From Flavobacteriaceae bacterium (lineage in GTDB: Bacteria; Bacteroidota; Bacteroidia; Flavobacteriales; Flavobacteriaceae), in NCBI GenBank assembly GCA_029238215.1, contig JAQWGN010000002.1, positions 235 through 64,234 on the forward strand: a stretch of 64,000 nt of DNA. The letters run 5' to 3'. The notes beneath the pieces were generated by a model. It saw only the letters and a program-made list of their open reading frames with translations, made no database searches and was not told where the DNA came from. Positions 21,165 through 30,677 of this stretch are shown piece after piece. Both the position numbers and the translations under genes were made by a program. The stretch's first letter is position 1. Every line of letters starts with the position of its first letter.

Positions 21165-22697
21165 TTAGAAACGCACATTGTAAGAGACCGCCACCGTGCC
21201 TGATTGTTGAGCTATTGCAGCCGTATCGGTTAATCCGATACTGTAAAATTGTTGCTGGAAATCTTTCTTCTGTTGGGTATAGGCAAAATCTAAAGAGCCG
21301 TTGCCAAAACGTATTCCAAAGCCTAATGAATAACCAGTGCGATCGCTATGAATGGCGGTGTTTGTAAAAGGGGATTGTTCAAACCAATACCCAGCACGTA
21401 AACTGAAATCTCCGATGCGTCCTTCTGCTCCAGCTCTTAGAAATGAGGCTGTGTCGAGGTTGTTGTCAATGGCTGTGTTTAGGGAATTATAAGGGTTGGA
21501 AAACTCATCATCAACTTTTGCACTTGCATAATTCTTTTTGCCATAATCAATGCTTAGTAAGCCCGCATCTTTAAATACTAAGGCCATACTGGCTTGTAGT
21601 ATCGCCGGCGTTCTTAAGTTATATGGCCGAACCAAATTCACAACATCTGGGTAAATGGCACTCTCAGATTCATCATAAAAACGAACACCCAATCCTTCAG
21701 TGTACTCTTCTTCTATTTCGTAGTAGGTAGGGCTGGTGTAGTTTAATCCAAGGCGCACAACTTCAGAGGCTTTAAACAATGCACCAAGCTGAACAGAGAT
21801 TCCTGACCCAAAAACGGTAAGGTCTTGTACGTAATCAACTTCTTTTAAATTATTATCACTGTTGCTGTCTAAGTATAAGTCTGAAGATTCTTTGTGTTGG
21901 GTATAGTCAATGCTATGAATGTTTAGATTGATCCCTAAGGATAACTTCTCCATATACCTCCCACTAAAATTTATGGTATACACCTGTTGTCCTCCTCTAG
22001 AGTTTAGTAGGTGGTATTGGTCGCTACCATTTCCAATATAATCATCAACAAAGTAAAAATCATCTTCTTCATTGTAACGAATCAAATCGGTGTACAGCGC
22101 CATATAGGCCAGTTGGGCATCTTGACCTTCATTTTCACCCCAATAGCTATATTCATTATTAACACTGTTGTTGAGATCAAAAGCAGTATAATTAAATCTT
22201 TGAGTCAGGGGAAGAAAATAATCTGCAATACCGTTCTGATCGTTTATGCCTTGTGCGTATAAATTTTTGTTGAAGTTATTGCTGCGTTGGGTGTTAAAGC
22301 CAAAGGCAATTTTATCCCAGTTGCTTGTGGGGTTTATAAAAATCAATACAAACCCTGCTTGGTCAAGCGCAAAAGATGATTTATCGGCTTCGTAATTTTC
22401 ATTAAAAAAGTTTGAATCATTTGTGAACGATTGCACACTTAACGTACCTCCAGCCTCATTAAAGGCAAATACACTAGACCCAGCAGGGTTATTGGTAATC
22501 GCAGACAAATCCCCACCAAGCGCCCCAAAAGCACCGCCTAAGGCTTGATAACGTGCAGACCCGTTGAGGTCGTCTGTGGAATAGCGAAGCACATCCTCAA
22601 GATTTTGTGCGCTTAGTGCCGTTATCGTAAAAAAGCTAATTAGTAGCCCTGTTCGTCTAAGGCTTGTTGCTACATGGGTGTGATTAAATAAAGACAT
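21165..22697 (-). CDS. FadL/OmpP1-like outer-membrane beta-barrel protein
   Basis: 510 aa. Signal peptide ends ALSAQ, followed by DVLRYS...ARYQALGGAFGALGGDLSAITNNPAG at the N-terminus. Alternating beta-strand pattern and a C-terminal ...SYNVRF with terminal Phe. Family call is from recollection. Confidence 0.6.
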   Translation of the reverse strand: MSLFNHTHVATSLRRTGLLISFFTITALSAQNLEDVLRYSTDDLNGSARYQALGGAFGALGGDLSAITNNPAGSSVFAFNEAGGTLSVQSFTNDSNFFNENYEADKSSFALDQAGFVLIFINPTSNWDKIAFGFNTQRSNNFNKNLYAQGINDQNGIADYFLPLTQRFNYTAFDLNNSVNNEYSYWGENEGQDAQLAYMALYTDLIRYNEEDDFYFVDDYIGNGSDQYHLLNSRGGQQVYTINFSGRYMEKLSLGINLNIHSIDYTQHKESSDLYLDSNSDNNLKEVDYVQDLTVFGSGISVQLGALFKASEVVRLGLNYTSPTYYEIEEEYTEGLGVRFYDESESAIYPDVVNLVRPYNLRTPAILQASMALVFKDAGLLSIDYGKKNYASAKVDDEFSNPYNSLNTAIDNNLDTASFLRAGAEGRIGDFSLRAGYWFEQSPFTNTAIHSDRTGYSLGFGIRFGNGSLDFAYTQQKKDFQQQFYSIGLTDTAAIAQQSGTVAVSYNVRF

Positions 22698-22744
22698 AGT
22701 TCTGATTCGTTAAAAATTATTCAAAATACAATTACGCAGGGTTC

Positions 22745-23770
22745 TTACCTTCTTCTTGAAGAAGATGAACTGCTACTTCTACGTGAAGAACTCGAGCCAG
22801 ACGACCTACTGCTACTGGATGATCTGCGGTAGCTGCTGTTACTAGACGATGACGAAGGTCTTCTATACGATGTGTTATTATTCGATGATGACTCATTTGA
22901 GTAGGTTCTAGGTGTTCTAGTAGTTGTATCTTCTTGCTGTTTCCTGGCCGTAGTTCTGCTAGGCGCTGCTGTACTTGTTTGTTTTGTTGTAGTCCTAGCT
23001 TGCGTGTTTACATTTTGTTGTGTTCGCGCATTTGGTTGTGTAGTTGTCTGGCTTCTGCGTGTTGTGGTACTACGCCTATTCAACGTTCTAGAAGTGTCAC
23101 TTCCTCGCAAGTCTCTACTGCTCGATATACGGTTTTGGTTTACAGCTCTAGGACCTCTAAGCCTGCTGTAGCGTACTGGGTTTCTGTAATAGCTAGGCCC
23201 GTAATAACGTTCTCTGTAATAAGGCCTGTTAAACCAGTTGTTATATCCCCAGCCAAAGCGGTGGGGGTTGTAATAATACGGATTATAATAGGGGTTGTGG
23301 TAATTGTTAAAATACCACGGGTGGTAATTGTACCCCCAGAATGAACTGCGGCCATAGCTGAAAGGTGCATTGTACCAGCCCAAGCCCCATGCAGATGGAC
23401 GGTTGTAAATGATATTCACATTAATTCGATCCGCTTGATCTTCCCATGACCCATGGGATTGGTAATTTCCATCGCTCGCTTGGTCTGGAGTAGCGTCTTG
23501 ATATTGTTCTGCATCGGTAAAGATGTAATCATCTTGAACGCCTTGTGCTGCTTTTTCTGAAAAGTAATTTTTATAATACGTACCACTCGGGTTTGTAGGA
23601 GTCTGTGCTTGTTGGTAGGTTGCTTGAGGTTCTACAGTACCATCATAGATGCCATCTTGATAGTAGGATACCGATTGATATCCGCTACAACCTACAAATA
23701 GGATAGCCGAAAATACAACCAAAGTGAAGGGGAAACTTTTTAAGTGGCGTGATGTGTATATAGTTCTCAT
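22745..23770 (-). CDS. Lipoprotein with an aromatic/Asn/Pro-rich core and an Arg/Ser/Thr-rich tail (function unknown)
   Basis: 341 aa. The signal peptide has a lipobox-like LFVGC|S. The middle is WGYNYHPWYFNNYHNPYYNPYYYNPHRFGWGYNNWFNRPYYRERYY. The last ~140 aa are almost only R, S, T, Q and N. Confidence 0.55.
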   Translation of the reverse strand: MRTIYTSRHLKSFPFTLVVFSAILFVGCSGYQSVSYYQDGIYDGTVEPQATYQQAQTPTNPSGTYYKNYFSEKAAQGVQDDYIFTDAEQYQDATPDQASDGNYQSHGSWEDQADRINVNIIYNRPSAWGLGWYNAPFSYGRSSFWGYNYHPWYFNNYHNPYYNPYYYNPHRFGWGYNNWFNRPYYRERYYGPSYYRNPVRYSRLRGPRAVNQNRISSSRDLRGSDTSRTLNRRSTTTRRSQTTTQPNARTQQNVNTQARTTTKQTSTAAPSRTTARKQQEDTTTRTPRTYSNESSSNNNTSYRRPSSSSSNSSYRRSSSSSRSSGSSSSRRSSSSSSSRRR

Positions 23771-23803
23771 GGCAAAAAGGTTTAATTAACTCTCAAATTT
23801 AAG

Positions 23804-23811
23804 TAGTTTTG
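23804..23811 (+). promoter_or_regulatory. Candidate -7 box TAGTTTTG for proS
   Basis: TAnnTTTG match 40 nt upstream of the ATG at 23851. Confidence 0.4.
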
Positions 23812-23850
23812 CACTACAACTACAATAAAAACAAAAGTTGTGCCAAACTC

Positions 23851-25329
23851 ATGGGGAAGCATTTAACTACACGAGCTGAAGATTATTCGAAATGGTATAA
23901 TGAACTGGTTGTTAAAGCTGATTTAGCTGAAACCTCTGCCGTTCGCGGATGTATGGTAATCAAACCTTATGGCTATGCCATTTGGGAACGTATGCAGGCC
24001 ATACTCGATAAAAAATTTAAGGAGACAGGGCATAGTAATGCGTATTTCCCCCTTTTTGTACCTAAGAGTTTGTTTGAGGCCGAGGAGCAAAATGCAGAAG
24101 GATTTGCAAAAGAATGTGCTGTGGTAACCCATTACCGTTTAGAAAACGATCCGGATCGTGCTGGAAAACTACGCGTTGATCCAAAGGCAAAACTAGAAGA
24201 GGAACTCATCGTGCGTCCCACAAGTGAGGCGATTATTTGGAACACCTATAAAAATTGGATTCAATCGTATCGAGACTTACCCATTTTAATTAACCAATGG
24301 GCAAATGTAGTGCGCTGGGAAATGCGTACACGTTTGTTTTTACGTACCGCCGAATTCTTATGGCAAGAAGGACACACCGCCCATGCTACTGAAGCCGAAG
24401 CTGTTGCAGAGGCACAGCAAATGAATCAGGTTTATGCCGATTTTCTAGAGCAATATATGGCAATTCCTGTCATACAAGGGGTTAAGTCTGCCGCAGAACG
24501 CTTTGCTGGTGCTGTAGATACCTATTGCATAGAAGCACTTATGCAAGATGGCAAAGCCTTACAGGCAGGAACCTCTCACTTTTTAGGACAGAATTTCGCA
24601 AAGGCATTTGATGTAAAATTCGCAACCAAAGAAGGTGGATTGGAACACGTTTGGGCTTCCTCTTGGGGCGTGTCAACCCGTCTTATGGGCGCACTTATTA
24701 TGACGCACAGCGACGATAATGGATTGGTACTCCCTCCTGAATTAGCGCCACATCAGGTGGTGATTGTTCCTATTTATAGAAGTGATGAAGAGCACCAAGC
24801 TGTTGAGGCTGCTGTTGCTCCTATTGTTGAAGCCCTTCGCAATGCAGATATACGTGTGCATTTTGATAATCGGGATACCCACAAACCTGGATTTAAGTTT
24901 AACGAATACGAGCTAAAAGGCGTTCCTTTGCGCATCGGAATTGGTCCCCGTGATGTGGCGAATGGCACTGTTGAACTTGCCCGACGCGATACTTTAACTA
25001 AGCAAAGCGTTGCACAAACAGATTTGGTAAAAGAAGTAACCGAAACTCTAGAAGAGATTCAAAAACAGCTGTTTTTACGTGCTGAAAAATTTAGAGCGGA
25101 ACACACGACCGATGTGGACTCATTTGACGCTTTTAAAGCGGTTTTAGAAAGCAAGGGTGGCTTTGTTGCTGCGCATTGGGACGGTACTGAAGCTACTGAA
25201 CTGGCAATTAAAGAACAGACCAAAGCAACCATTCGATGCATTCCCTTAGAAGGAAAACCCGAAAAAGGGAGCTGTGTGTACTCTGGAAAACCTTCTGCTC
25301 AGCGGGTGTTATTTGCCAAGGCATACTAA
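23851..25329 (+). CDS. proS: Proline--tRNA ligase (archaeal/eukaryote-like class II type)
   Basis: The N-terminus [20 protein letters not shown] is typical of this ProS type. 492 aa from the ATG at 23851; the listed TTG at 23809 looks like an over-extension. Confidence 0.93.
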   Translation: MGKHLTTRAEDYSKWYNELVVKADLAETSAVRGCMVIKPYGYAIWERMQAILDKKFKETGHSNAYFPLFVPKSLFEAEEQNAEGFAKECAVVTHYRLENDPDRAGKLRVDPKAKLEEELIVRPTSEAIIWNTYKNWIQSYRDLPILINQWANVVRWEMRTRLFLRTAEFLWQEGHTAHATEAEAVAEAQQMNQVYADFLEQYMAIPVIQGVKSAAERFAGAVDTYCIEALMQDGKALQAGTSHFLGQNFAKAFDVKFATKEGGLEHVWASSWGVSTRLMGALIMTHSDDNGLVLPPELAPHQVVIVPIYRSDEEHQAVEAAVAPIVEALRNADIRVHFDNRDTHKPGFKFNEYELKGVPLRIGIGPRDVANGTVELARRDTLTKQSVAQTDLVKEVTETLEEIQKQLFLRAEKFRAEHTTDVDSFDAFKAVLESKGGFVAAHWDGTEATELAIKEQTKATIRCIPLEGKPEKGSCVYSGKPSAQRVLFAKAY

Positions 25330-25365
25330 TAGAAAATATATGTTGCAAGTTTGTTAGGTATCGCA

Positions 25366-25373
25366 TAAATTTG
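25366..25373 (+). promoter_or_regulatory. Candidate promoter of tRNA-Glu/rpsT (TAAATTTG, with TTG at 25343-25345)
   Basis: A -33 TTG and a -7 TAnnTTTG with a 20-nt spacer, 19 nt upstream of the tRNA 5' end. Confidence 0.5.
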
Positions 25374-25391
25374 CACCTCGTTAATCCGTAA

Positions 25392-25463
25392 GGCCCGTTC
25401 GTCTATCGGCTAGGACGCCAGGTTTTCATCCTGGTAAGAGGGGTTCGATTCCCCTACGGGCTA
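25392..25463 (+). tRNA. tRNA-Glu (anticodon UUC)
   Basis: Cloverleaf can be folded by eye: acceptor GGCCCGT/ACGGGCT (G1-U72 wobble), D arm GTCT..GGAC, anticodon stem-loop CCAGG-TTTTCAT-CCTGG, T arm AGGGG-TTCGATT-CCCCT. CCA is not encoded. Confidence 0.9.
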
Positions 25464-25477
25464 CAAATTATAAAACT

Positions 25478-25729
25478 ATGGCAAACCATAAATCTGCTTT
25501 AAAAAGAATTCGTTCAAACGAAACCAAGCGTCAGCGTAACCGCTTTCAGCACAAAACTACCCGTAATGCAATCCGTGACTTCAAAGAAGTTTCTGATAAG
25601 AAGGCTGCTGCAAAGCAGTTTCCACTTCTTGTTTCGATGATTGATAAATTGGCTAAGAACAATATCATTCACGCTAACAAAGCGGCTAACCTTAAGTCTA
25701 AGTTGACGAAGCACGTTACCGCATTATAA
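25478..25729 (+). CDS. rpsT: 30S ribosomal protein S20
   Basis: 83 aa, basic. MANHKSALKRIR... is the canonical S20 N-terminus. Confidence 0.92.
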   Translation: MANHKSALKRIRSNETKRQRNRFQHKTTRNAIRDFKEVSDKKAAAKQFPLLVSMIDKLAKNNIIHANKAANLKSKLTKHVTAL

Positions 25730-25749
25730 GCGTTACTTATATAAAACAT

Positions 25750-25775
25750 AAAGGCGTCCAATTGGACGCCTTTTT
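25750..25775. repeat. Copy 1 of a 26-bp perfect repeat AAAGGCGTCCAATTGGACGCCTTTTT (the rpsT terminator)
   Basis: An identical 26-mer recurs at 26805-26830. The core GGCGTCCAATTGGACGCC is a perfect palindrome, so direct versus inverted orientation cannot be told apart. Confidence 0.9.
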
Positions 25776-25777
25776 TT
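25753..25777 (+). terminator. Rho-independent terminator after rpsT
   Basis: An 18-nt perfect hairpin GGCGTCC-AATT-GGACGCC followed by T7. Confidence 0.8.
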
Positions 25778-25891
25778 ATGGTCTTGTTTTTTTTGTTAAC
25801 TTAGTATTCAACAAACCCCAAATTTGTTCTTCTATATGAATCACCTACGGCGTATTTCCTATACCAACTACAACTACTCTTATTTGAGACG

Positions 25892-26788
25892 TTGTTCACA
25901 ATTAAAAAAATAATCTTCTTTTTTCTAGCCTTAAGTTTTCTTGATTCCTTCTGTCAGTAAAGCATTCATAACAAAAAAAGAAATACTCTTATCGAATTCT
26001 CTGAGATTACAAGCAGTTTCGATAATCTTGAAAAACGAAATGGCGAAAAAGCAGTTATTTATTTTAATGCTTCTACTCCAGGATATTTGCTTTTAATTAA
26101 AAATACGGGAAGATTTCGAAAAATCCCATCTAAGAAATTTATATGGCTTGAAGGTGTATTTAAATCATTTCGTTTCCAACATAAAGTAGAAGACTTATTT
26201 AAAAATGAAGTACTAATAGAAACAGAAAGTGGAAACTATTGGCTCCCTATACAAAATAGCTTAGAGTCCTTTTGGCATGAGGAACTCAAAATTAGTGATT
26301 ATGCGTTAATTTATATTAGAGCCTATGGTTCAACATATGAGAAAACATCTGATAAGTGGTTATTTACGATTAATTCATTCAATTCAAATTATTATGACGG
26401 ACTTTGGGAAGAAGCTTTAAATAGTTTTAATGAAAAAGACTCATTCAACGGATTAAATTGTGTCAATAAGTTAATCGAATTGGATCCAAAAGATGGTCGA
26501 AACTTTTCAATGTTAGGGTTTTATTATTATGATAAAGGGTATCCATCAAATATTGAATTATTAAAAAAAGCAGATTCACTTTACACAAAAGCAATTGAAT
26601 TATCTCCAAATTACAGTTATGTTTATTATCAAAAGGCTCTCGTAAAAATGCAACTAGCTGAATATTCTAAAGCTTGGGATAATATAGAGCTAGCAAGAAA
26701 TTTAGGGGAAGAAAATATTAAAAAAAACAAGTTAGTAGAATTGGAAAATAAACTTCCCTATGAAAAATATCTTATAATTAAAGACTAA
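25892..26788 (+). pseudogene. Signal-peptide + TPR-like protein gene interrupted by an in-frame TAA (25958-25960); alternatively a shorter CDS starting at TTG 26087
   Basis: In a single frame: TTG-FTIKKIIFFFLALSFLDSFCQ-TAA-SIHNKKRNTLIEF...GYLLLIKNTGRF..., continuing into the listed 233-aa ORF. The C-terminal half has TPR-like helices (ELDPKDGRNFSMLGFYYYDKG, AIELSPNYSYVYYQKALVKMQ). The region is visibly AT-rich. Confidence 0.45.
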
Positions 26789-26804
26789 ATATACCCCCAA
26801 CAAA

Positions 26805-26830
26805 AAAGGCGTCCAATTGGACGCCTTTTT
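26805..26830. repeat. Copy 2 of the 26-bp repeat; serves as a bidirectional terminator between the TPR gene and rho
   Basis: Same 26-mer as 25750-25775, flanked by an A-run (26802-26807) and a T-run (26826-26830). Lies 19 nt beyond the rho stop. Confidence 0.85.
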
Positions 26831-26848
26831 CAATACATATATTCAGGG

Positions 26849-28465
26849 TTATTGATTCATAGAAATCAAGAACTCTTCGTTGTTTAGTGTCTTTTTAATA
26901 CGGTCGCTCACAAACTCCATGGCTTCCACAGGGTTCATGTCGGCGAGGTATTTACGCATAATCCACATCAGCTGAATGGTTTTTTCATCCAATAAGATGT
27001 CATCACGACGTGTGCTCGAAGAAACTAGGTCAATAGCTGGGAAAATACGGCGGTTAGAAATACGACGGTCAAGTTGTAATTCCATGTTACCGGTACCTTT
27101 AAATTCCTCAAAAATAACCTCATCCATTTTAGAGCCCGTTTCGGTAAGTGCCGTAGCTATAATCGATAGCGATCCGCCATTTTCAATATTACGAGCCGCT
27201 CCAAAGAAACGTTTTGGTTTGTGTAAGGCATTGGCATCTACACCACCACTAAGTATTTTACCTGAAGCAGGCTGTACGGTGTTGTAAGCACGCGCCAAAC
27301 GCGTAATAGAGTCAAGGAGGATAACCACATCATGACCACATTCTACCAATCGCTTCGCTTTTTCAAGCACGATATTGGCCACTTTTACGTGTCGGTCTGC
27401 AGGTTCGTCAAAAGTTGAAGCAACAACTTCTCCTTTTACATTGCGTTGCATGTCGGTAACCTCTTCTGGTCGTTCATCAATTAATAAGATAATTTGATAC
27501 ACCTCAGGGTGGTTTGCTGCAATAGCGTTAGCTACGTCTTTCAACAACATTGTTTTACCAGTCTTAGGCTGCGAAACAATCATTCCACGCTGTCCTTTAC
27601 CAATAGGGCAAAATAAGTCCATCACACGAGTTGAAATGGTGCTTTCCTTACCAGCGATATTGAATTTTTCTTGTGGGAAAAGCGGTGTAAGGTGTTCAAA
27701 CGACACACGATCACGCACGATATCTGGCGATAAGCCATTAATTAAGGAAACCTTAATCAGTGGAAAATACTTTTCGCCTTCTTTTGGTGGACGAATATGT
27801 CCAAGTACCGTATCTCCAGTTTTTAGGCCAAACAAACGCACTTGCGATTGTGATACATAAATATCATCAGGAGATGTTAGGTAATTGTAATCCGAAGAGC
27901 GAAGAAAACCATAGCCTTCTTGCATCATTTCCAAGACGCCTTCACTTTCTATGATTCCATCAAACTCATAATCGGGCTGACGGTAGCGGTTTCGGCTGTC
28001 CTTGTTGTGATTGGCTTCTTTCCCCGAATTGTTGTTGCCGTTGTTTCCACCTTGATTGCGGTTGTTGTTTTTGGCGTTCGGGTTGTTGTTTGGGTTGTTG
28101 TTCTGGTGTTTTTGCTTGCGCTGTTCCGGTTTGTCACCTTCTTTATTGTCGTCTTTCCGATCGTCTTTTCTGTCATCTTTTCGTTCCGGGCGTTCCTGCT
28201 TTTTGTGCGGGGCACGTTTCGGTTTTGAAAAACCTTCTTTTTTCTCAGCATCCTGTGCTGGTTTTTCTTCAGTTTTTGCCTCAGATTTTTCTTCTGTTGG
28301 CGCTACTGAAACCTCATTGGGATCGGGTAGCGTTGACTGATGGTCAATGATTTTATAGGTGAGTTCAATTTTTTTAAGTCCTGTGGTTTTTTTTAAACCA
28401 AGGTCTTTAGCAATTTCTTGCAACTCAATAAGCTTTTTAGCTTTTAGTTCTGATAATTCAAACAT
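26849..28465 (-). CDS. rho: Transcription termination factor Rho with a long low-complexity N-terminal insertion
   Basis: From the ATG at 28465: [23 protein letters not shown] (Rho_N), then a ~120-aa K/E/D/R-rich and later N/G/Q-rich insert, then the CSD-like [15 protein letters not shown], Walker A PKTGKT and the C-terminal RecA-like core. The listed start at 28528 is an over-extension. Confidence 0.93.
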   Translation of the reverse strand: MFELSELKAKKLIELQEIAKDLGLKKTTGLKKIELTYKIIDHQSTLPDPNEVSVAPTEEKSEAKTEEKPAQDAEKKEGFSKPKRAPHKKQERPERKDDRKDDRKDDNKEGDKPEQRKQKHQNNNPNNNPNAKNNNRNQGGNNGNNNSGKEANHNKDSRNRYRQPDYEFDGIIESEGVLEMMQEGYGFLRSSDYNYLTSPDDIYVSQSQVRLFGLKTGDTVLGHIRPPKEGEKYFPLIKVSLINGLSPDIVRDRVSFEHLTPLFPQEKFNIAGKESTISTRVMDLFCPIGKGQRGMIVSQPKTGKTMLLKDVANAIAANHPEVYQIILLIDERPEEVTDMQRNVKGEVVASTFDEPADRHVKVANIVLEKAKRLVECGHDVVILLDSITRLARAYNTVQPASGKILSGGVDANALHKPKRFFGAARNIENGGSLSIIATALTETGSKMDEVIFEEFKGTGNMELQLDRRISNRRIFPAIDLVSSSTRRDDILLDEKTIQLMWIMRKYLADMNPVEAMEFVSDRIKKTLNNEEFLISMNQ

Positions 28466-28566
28466 GTGTGTGTAAGTAACGTATGTGGATATAATTACGG
28501 CTGAAGTTGTTGCCGTTAGGACAAACATACAACTTTTTTTATTTTTGTAACGAAATTTCTCTATCC

Positions 28567-29415
28567 ATGGCTAATATAGCTGTTATTGTTCCAGTATTTA
28601 ATGAGGAAACTGTGCTAGAGAAATCAGTGCTGTCGTTACTTGCACAAACATATCCTGCAACGGAACTTATCCTAGTTGACGACGGTTCAACAGATCGTTC
28701 TGCTGAAATTGCTAACGAATTGGCATCACGTTTTCCTTCCGTGCATAGCATTCAAACGACAGCACATGCTGTTCACGAACCGGGTAAAAAGGTTGTTTAT
28801 GCATTTCAACGCGGATTTGATGCACTACGTCAATCTTGGGACGTGGTTTGCAAATTTGATGCTGATATTGTTTTTCCAGAGACCTACTTAGCCCAACTTT
28901 CGCATGTGTTTGAAACAAATAAAGCCCTAGGCATGTTTGGCGGTGTCTTAATTGTAAACAATAAAGGTACTTGGACAAAAGAGAGTATTTCATCTTCAGA
29001 ACACGTTCGGGGTCCCATAAAAGCATACAGCAAGGCATGTTTTACTGCCATTGGTGGTTTGCGTCCTGCTCTTGGATGGGATACACTCGATGAATTACTG
29101 GCGTTGTATCATGGGTTTGAAGTGGTTACCGATCAAGCATTGGAAGCAAAGCATCTTAGGCCCACAGGGCAGGAGTATAGCCACAACCTAGCCAAAGCAA
29201 AAGGCAGGGTGTTTTACCAATTGGGATATGGTCTTTTACTGGGACTGTTGGCCTGCGTAAAGTGGTCGATTACCCAAGGGGGAAATTTCATAGGAGTACT
29301 TTCAGGGTTTCTACAGCAATGGGTGCTTCAAAAAGAAAAATTAGTTACCAAAGAACAGGCTGTTTTTATTCGTAAATACCGCTGGTCACGAATCTTTGGT
29401 CGGTTTGTCTCCTAA
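28567..29415 (+). CDS. Family 2 glycosyltransferase
   Basis: [14 protein letters not shown]...[12 protein letters not shown] is a GT2 N-terminus. The C-terminal hydrophobic segments suggest a membrane-associated GT2. The ATG at 28567 is preferred. Confidence 0.75.
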   Translation: MANIAVIVPVFNEETVLEKSVLSLLAQTYPATELILVDDGSTDRSAEIANELASRFPSVHSIQTTAHAVHEPGKKVVYAFQRGFDALRQSWDVVCKFDADIVFPETYLAQLSHVFETNKALGMFGGVLIVNNKGTWTKESISSSEHVRGPIKAYSKACFTAIGGLRPALGWDTLDELLALYHGFEVVTDQALEAKHLRPTGQEYSHNLAKAKGRVFYQLGYGLLLGLLACVKWSITQGGNFIGVLSGFLQQWVLQKEKLVTKEQAVFIRKYRWSRIFGRFVS

Positions 29416-29898
29416 CTCTATTACGACCAAATTTTGTGCTTTTCCCGATTGCAATTCAAATTGAATTAGCGTTTGCTTTTTATGAAATCCATGCTTTCCA
29501 GCAGCTCCGGGGTTGATGCATAGCACTTGGTTGGTAGCATCGAATGCTACACGTAGGATGTGCGAATGTCCACAGATAAAAATATCCGGTTTATACGCTG
29601 TTATTTTATCCAAAACACCCTTGGCGTATTTTTTTGGTTTCCCGCCAATATGCGTCATAAACACCCGAACCCCTTCGAGTTCAAAATACAGGTCTTCTTT
29701 AAACTGTTGACGCAGCGCATTGTTGTCAATATTACCATATACTGCTCGAAGTGGTTTTATTTTCTCTAAGGCATCTGTAACTTCAAAGGAACCAATATCA
29801 CCCGCATGCCAAACCTCATCAGCTTTTTTTGCATACGCTAGAATACGAGGATCCAAAAAACTATGCGTGTCTGAAAGTAACAATATCTTTTTCATCAT
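29386..29898 (-). CDS. YfcE/MJ0936-family metallophosphoesterase
   Basis: 170 aa with LLLSDTHS, HAGDIG, GNID(N) and GHSH motifs of calcineurin-like phosphoesterases. Confidence 0.8.
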   Translation of the reverse strand: MMKKILLLSDTHSFLDPRILAYAKKADEVWHAGDIGSFEVTDALEKIKPLRAVYGNIDNNALRQQFKEDLYFELEGVRVFMTHIGGKPKKYAKGVLDKITAYKPDIFICGHSHILRVAFDATNQVLCINPGAAGKHGFHKKQTLIQFELQSGKAQNLVVIELGDKPTKDS

Positions 29899-29918
29899 CT
29901 TTGTGCAAAATTACAGCT

Positions 29919-30677
29919 TTGCGCTTCTTTTTGGAACTTTCATATAACGGAACTTCATTTCACGGGTGGCAACGTCAGCCAAATGCCTTGTCTGTACAAG
30001 AGCTTGTTGAAGAAGCCTTGACAAAATTACTTAAAGTTAATACGACTGTTATGGGCGCAGGAAGAACCGACACGGGGGTTCATGCTGCTCAAATGTATGC
30101 CCATTTTGATGTAGCAGAAATGGCGATAGACACAGACACACTGTTGTTTAGAATGAATAGATTTTTACCCAATAGCATTGCTATTCATGCCATTCACCCA
30201 GTAAGTGATAAAGCACACGCTAGGTTTGATGCAACTTCAAGAAGCTACGAATACCATATTGTCCAACGCAAGAATCCATTTCATGCCGATTCCGCCTATT
30301 GTTTTATGGCGCCCATAGCACTAGATGCAATGAATACTGCCGCTGCATTATTGCTGAGCCACACCAATTTTAAATGTTTTTCACGATCTAGAACAGATGT
30401 AAAAACCTATGATTGTGATGTAACCATCGCCCAATGGGAAAGCGCTAATGACAGCTTAACCTTTCATATTACTGCCAATCGTTTTTTGCGCAATATGGTT
30501 CGCGCTATAGTAGGAACGCTTTTGGATGTAGGAACCGGAAAAATATCTCTTGACGAATTTCAGCAAATCCTTAACAGTAACGACCGCACTAAGGCGGGAA
30601 GTTCTGCGCCAGCACAAGGCTTGTTTTTGACGGAAGTTCGCTATCCAAACACTATCTTTGATGTCCATGGGAACTAA
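29919..30677 (+). CDS. truA: tRNA pseudouridine(38-40) synthase TruA
   Basis: From the TTG at 29919: (M)RFFLELSYNGTSFHGWQRQPN, GAGRTDTGVHA (catalytic Asp) and RFLRNMVR. The listed upstream extension overlaps the divergent gene and lacks homology. Confidence 0.85.
   Translation: MRFFLELSYNGTSFHGWQRQPNALSVQELVEEALTKLLKVNTTVMGAGRTDTGVHAAQMYAHFDVAEMAIDTDTLLFRMNRFLPNSIAIHAIHPVSDKAHARFDATSRSYEYHIVQRKNPFHADSAYCFMAPIALDAMNTAAALLLSHTNFKCFSRSRTDVKTYDCDVTIAQWESANDSLTFHITANRFLRNMVRAIVGTLLDVGTGKISLDEFQQILNSNDRTKAGSSAPAQGLFLTEVRYPNTIFDVHGN

Noticed and set aside
22934-23370. 136-aa + strand ORF and 76-aa alternative-frame ORF inside the low-complexity lipoprotein gene
   Set aside because: They are by-products of codon-repetitive sequence. 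Only the 341-aa frame has a signal peptide/lipobox and runs the full length between the neighbouring genes.
27920-28350. Cluster of + strand ORFs (102, 94 and 86 aa) and a 100-aa minus-strand ORF overlapping the rho 5' region
   Set aside because: They arise from the repetitive AAC/GGT/AAG-rich DNA that encodes the Rho low-complexity insert. The rho frame is continuous with conserved domains on both sides.
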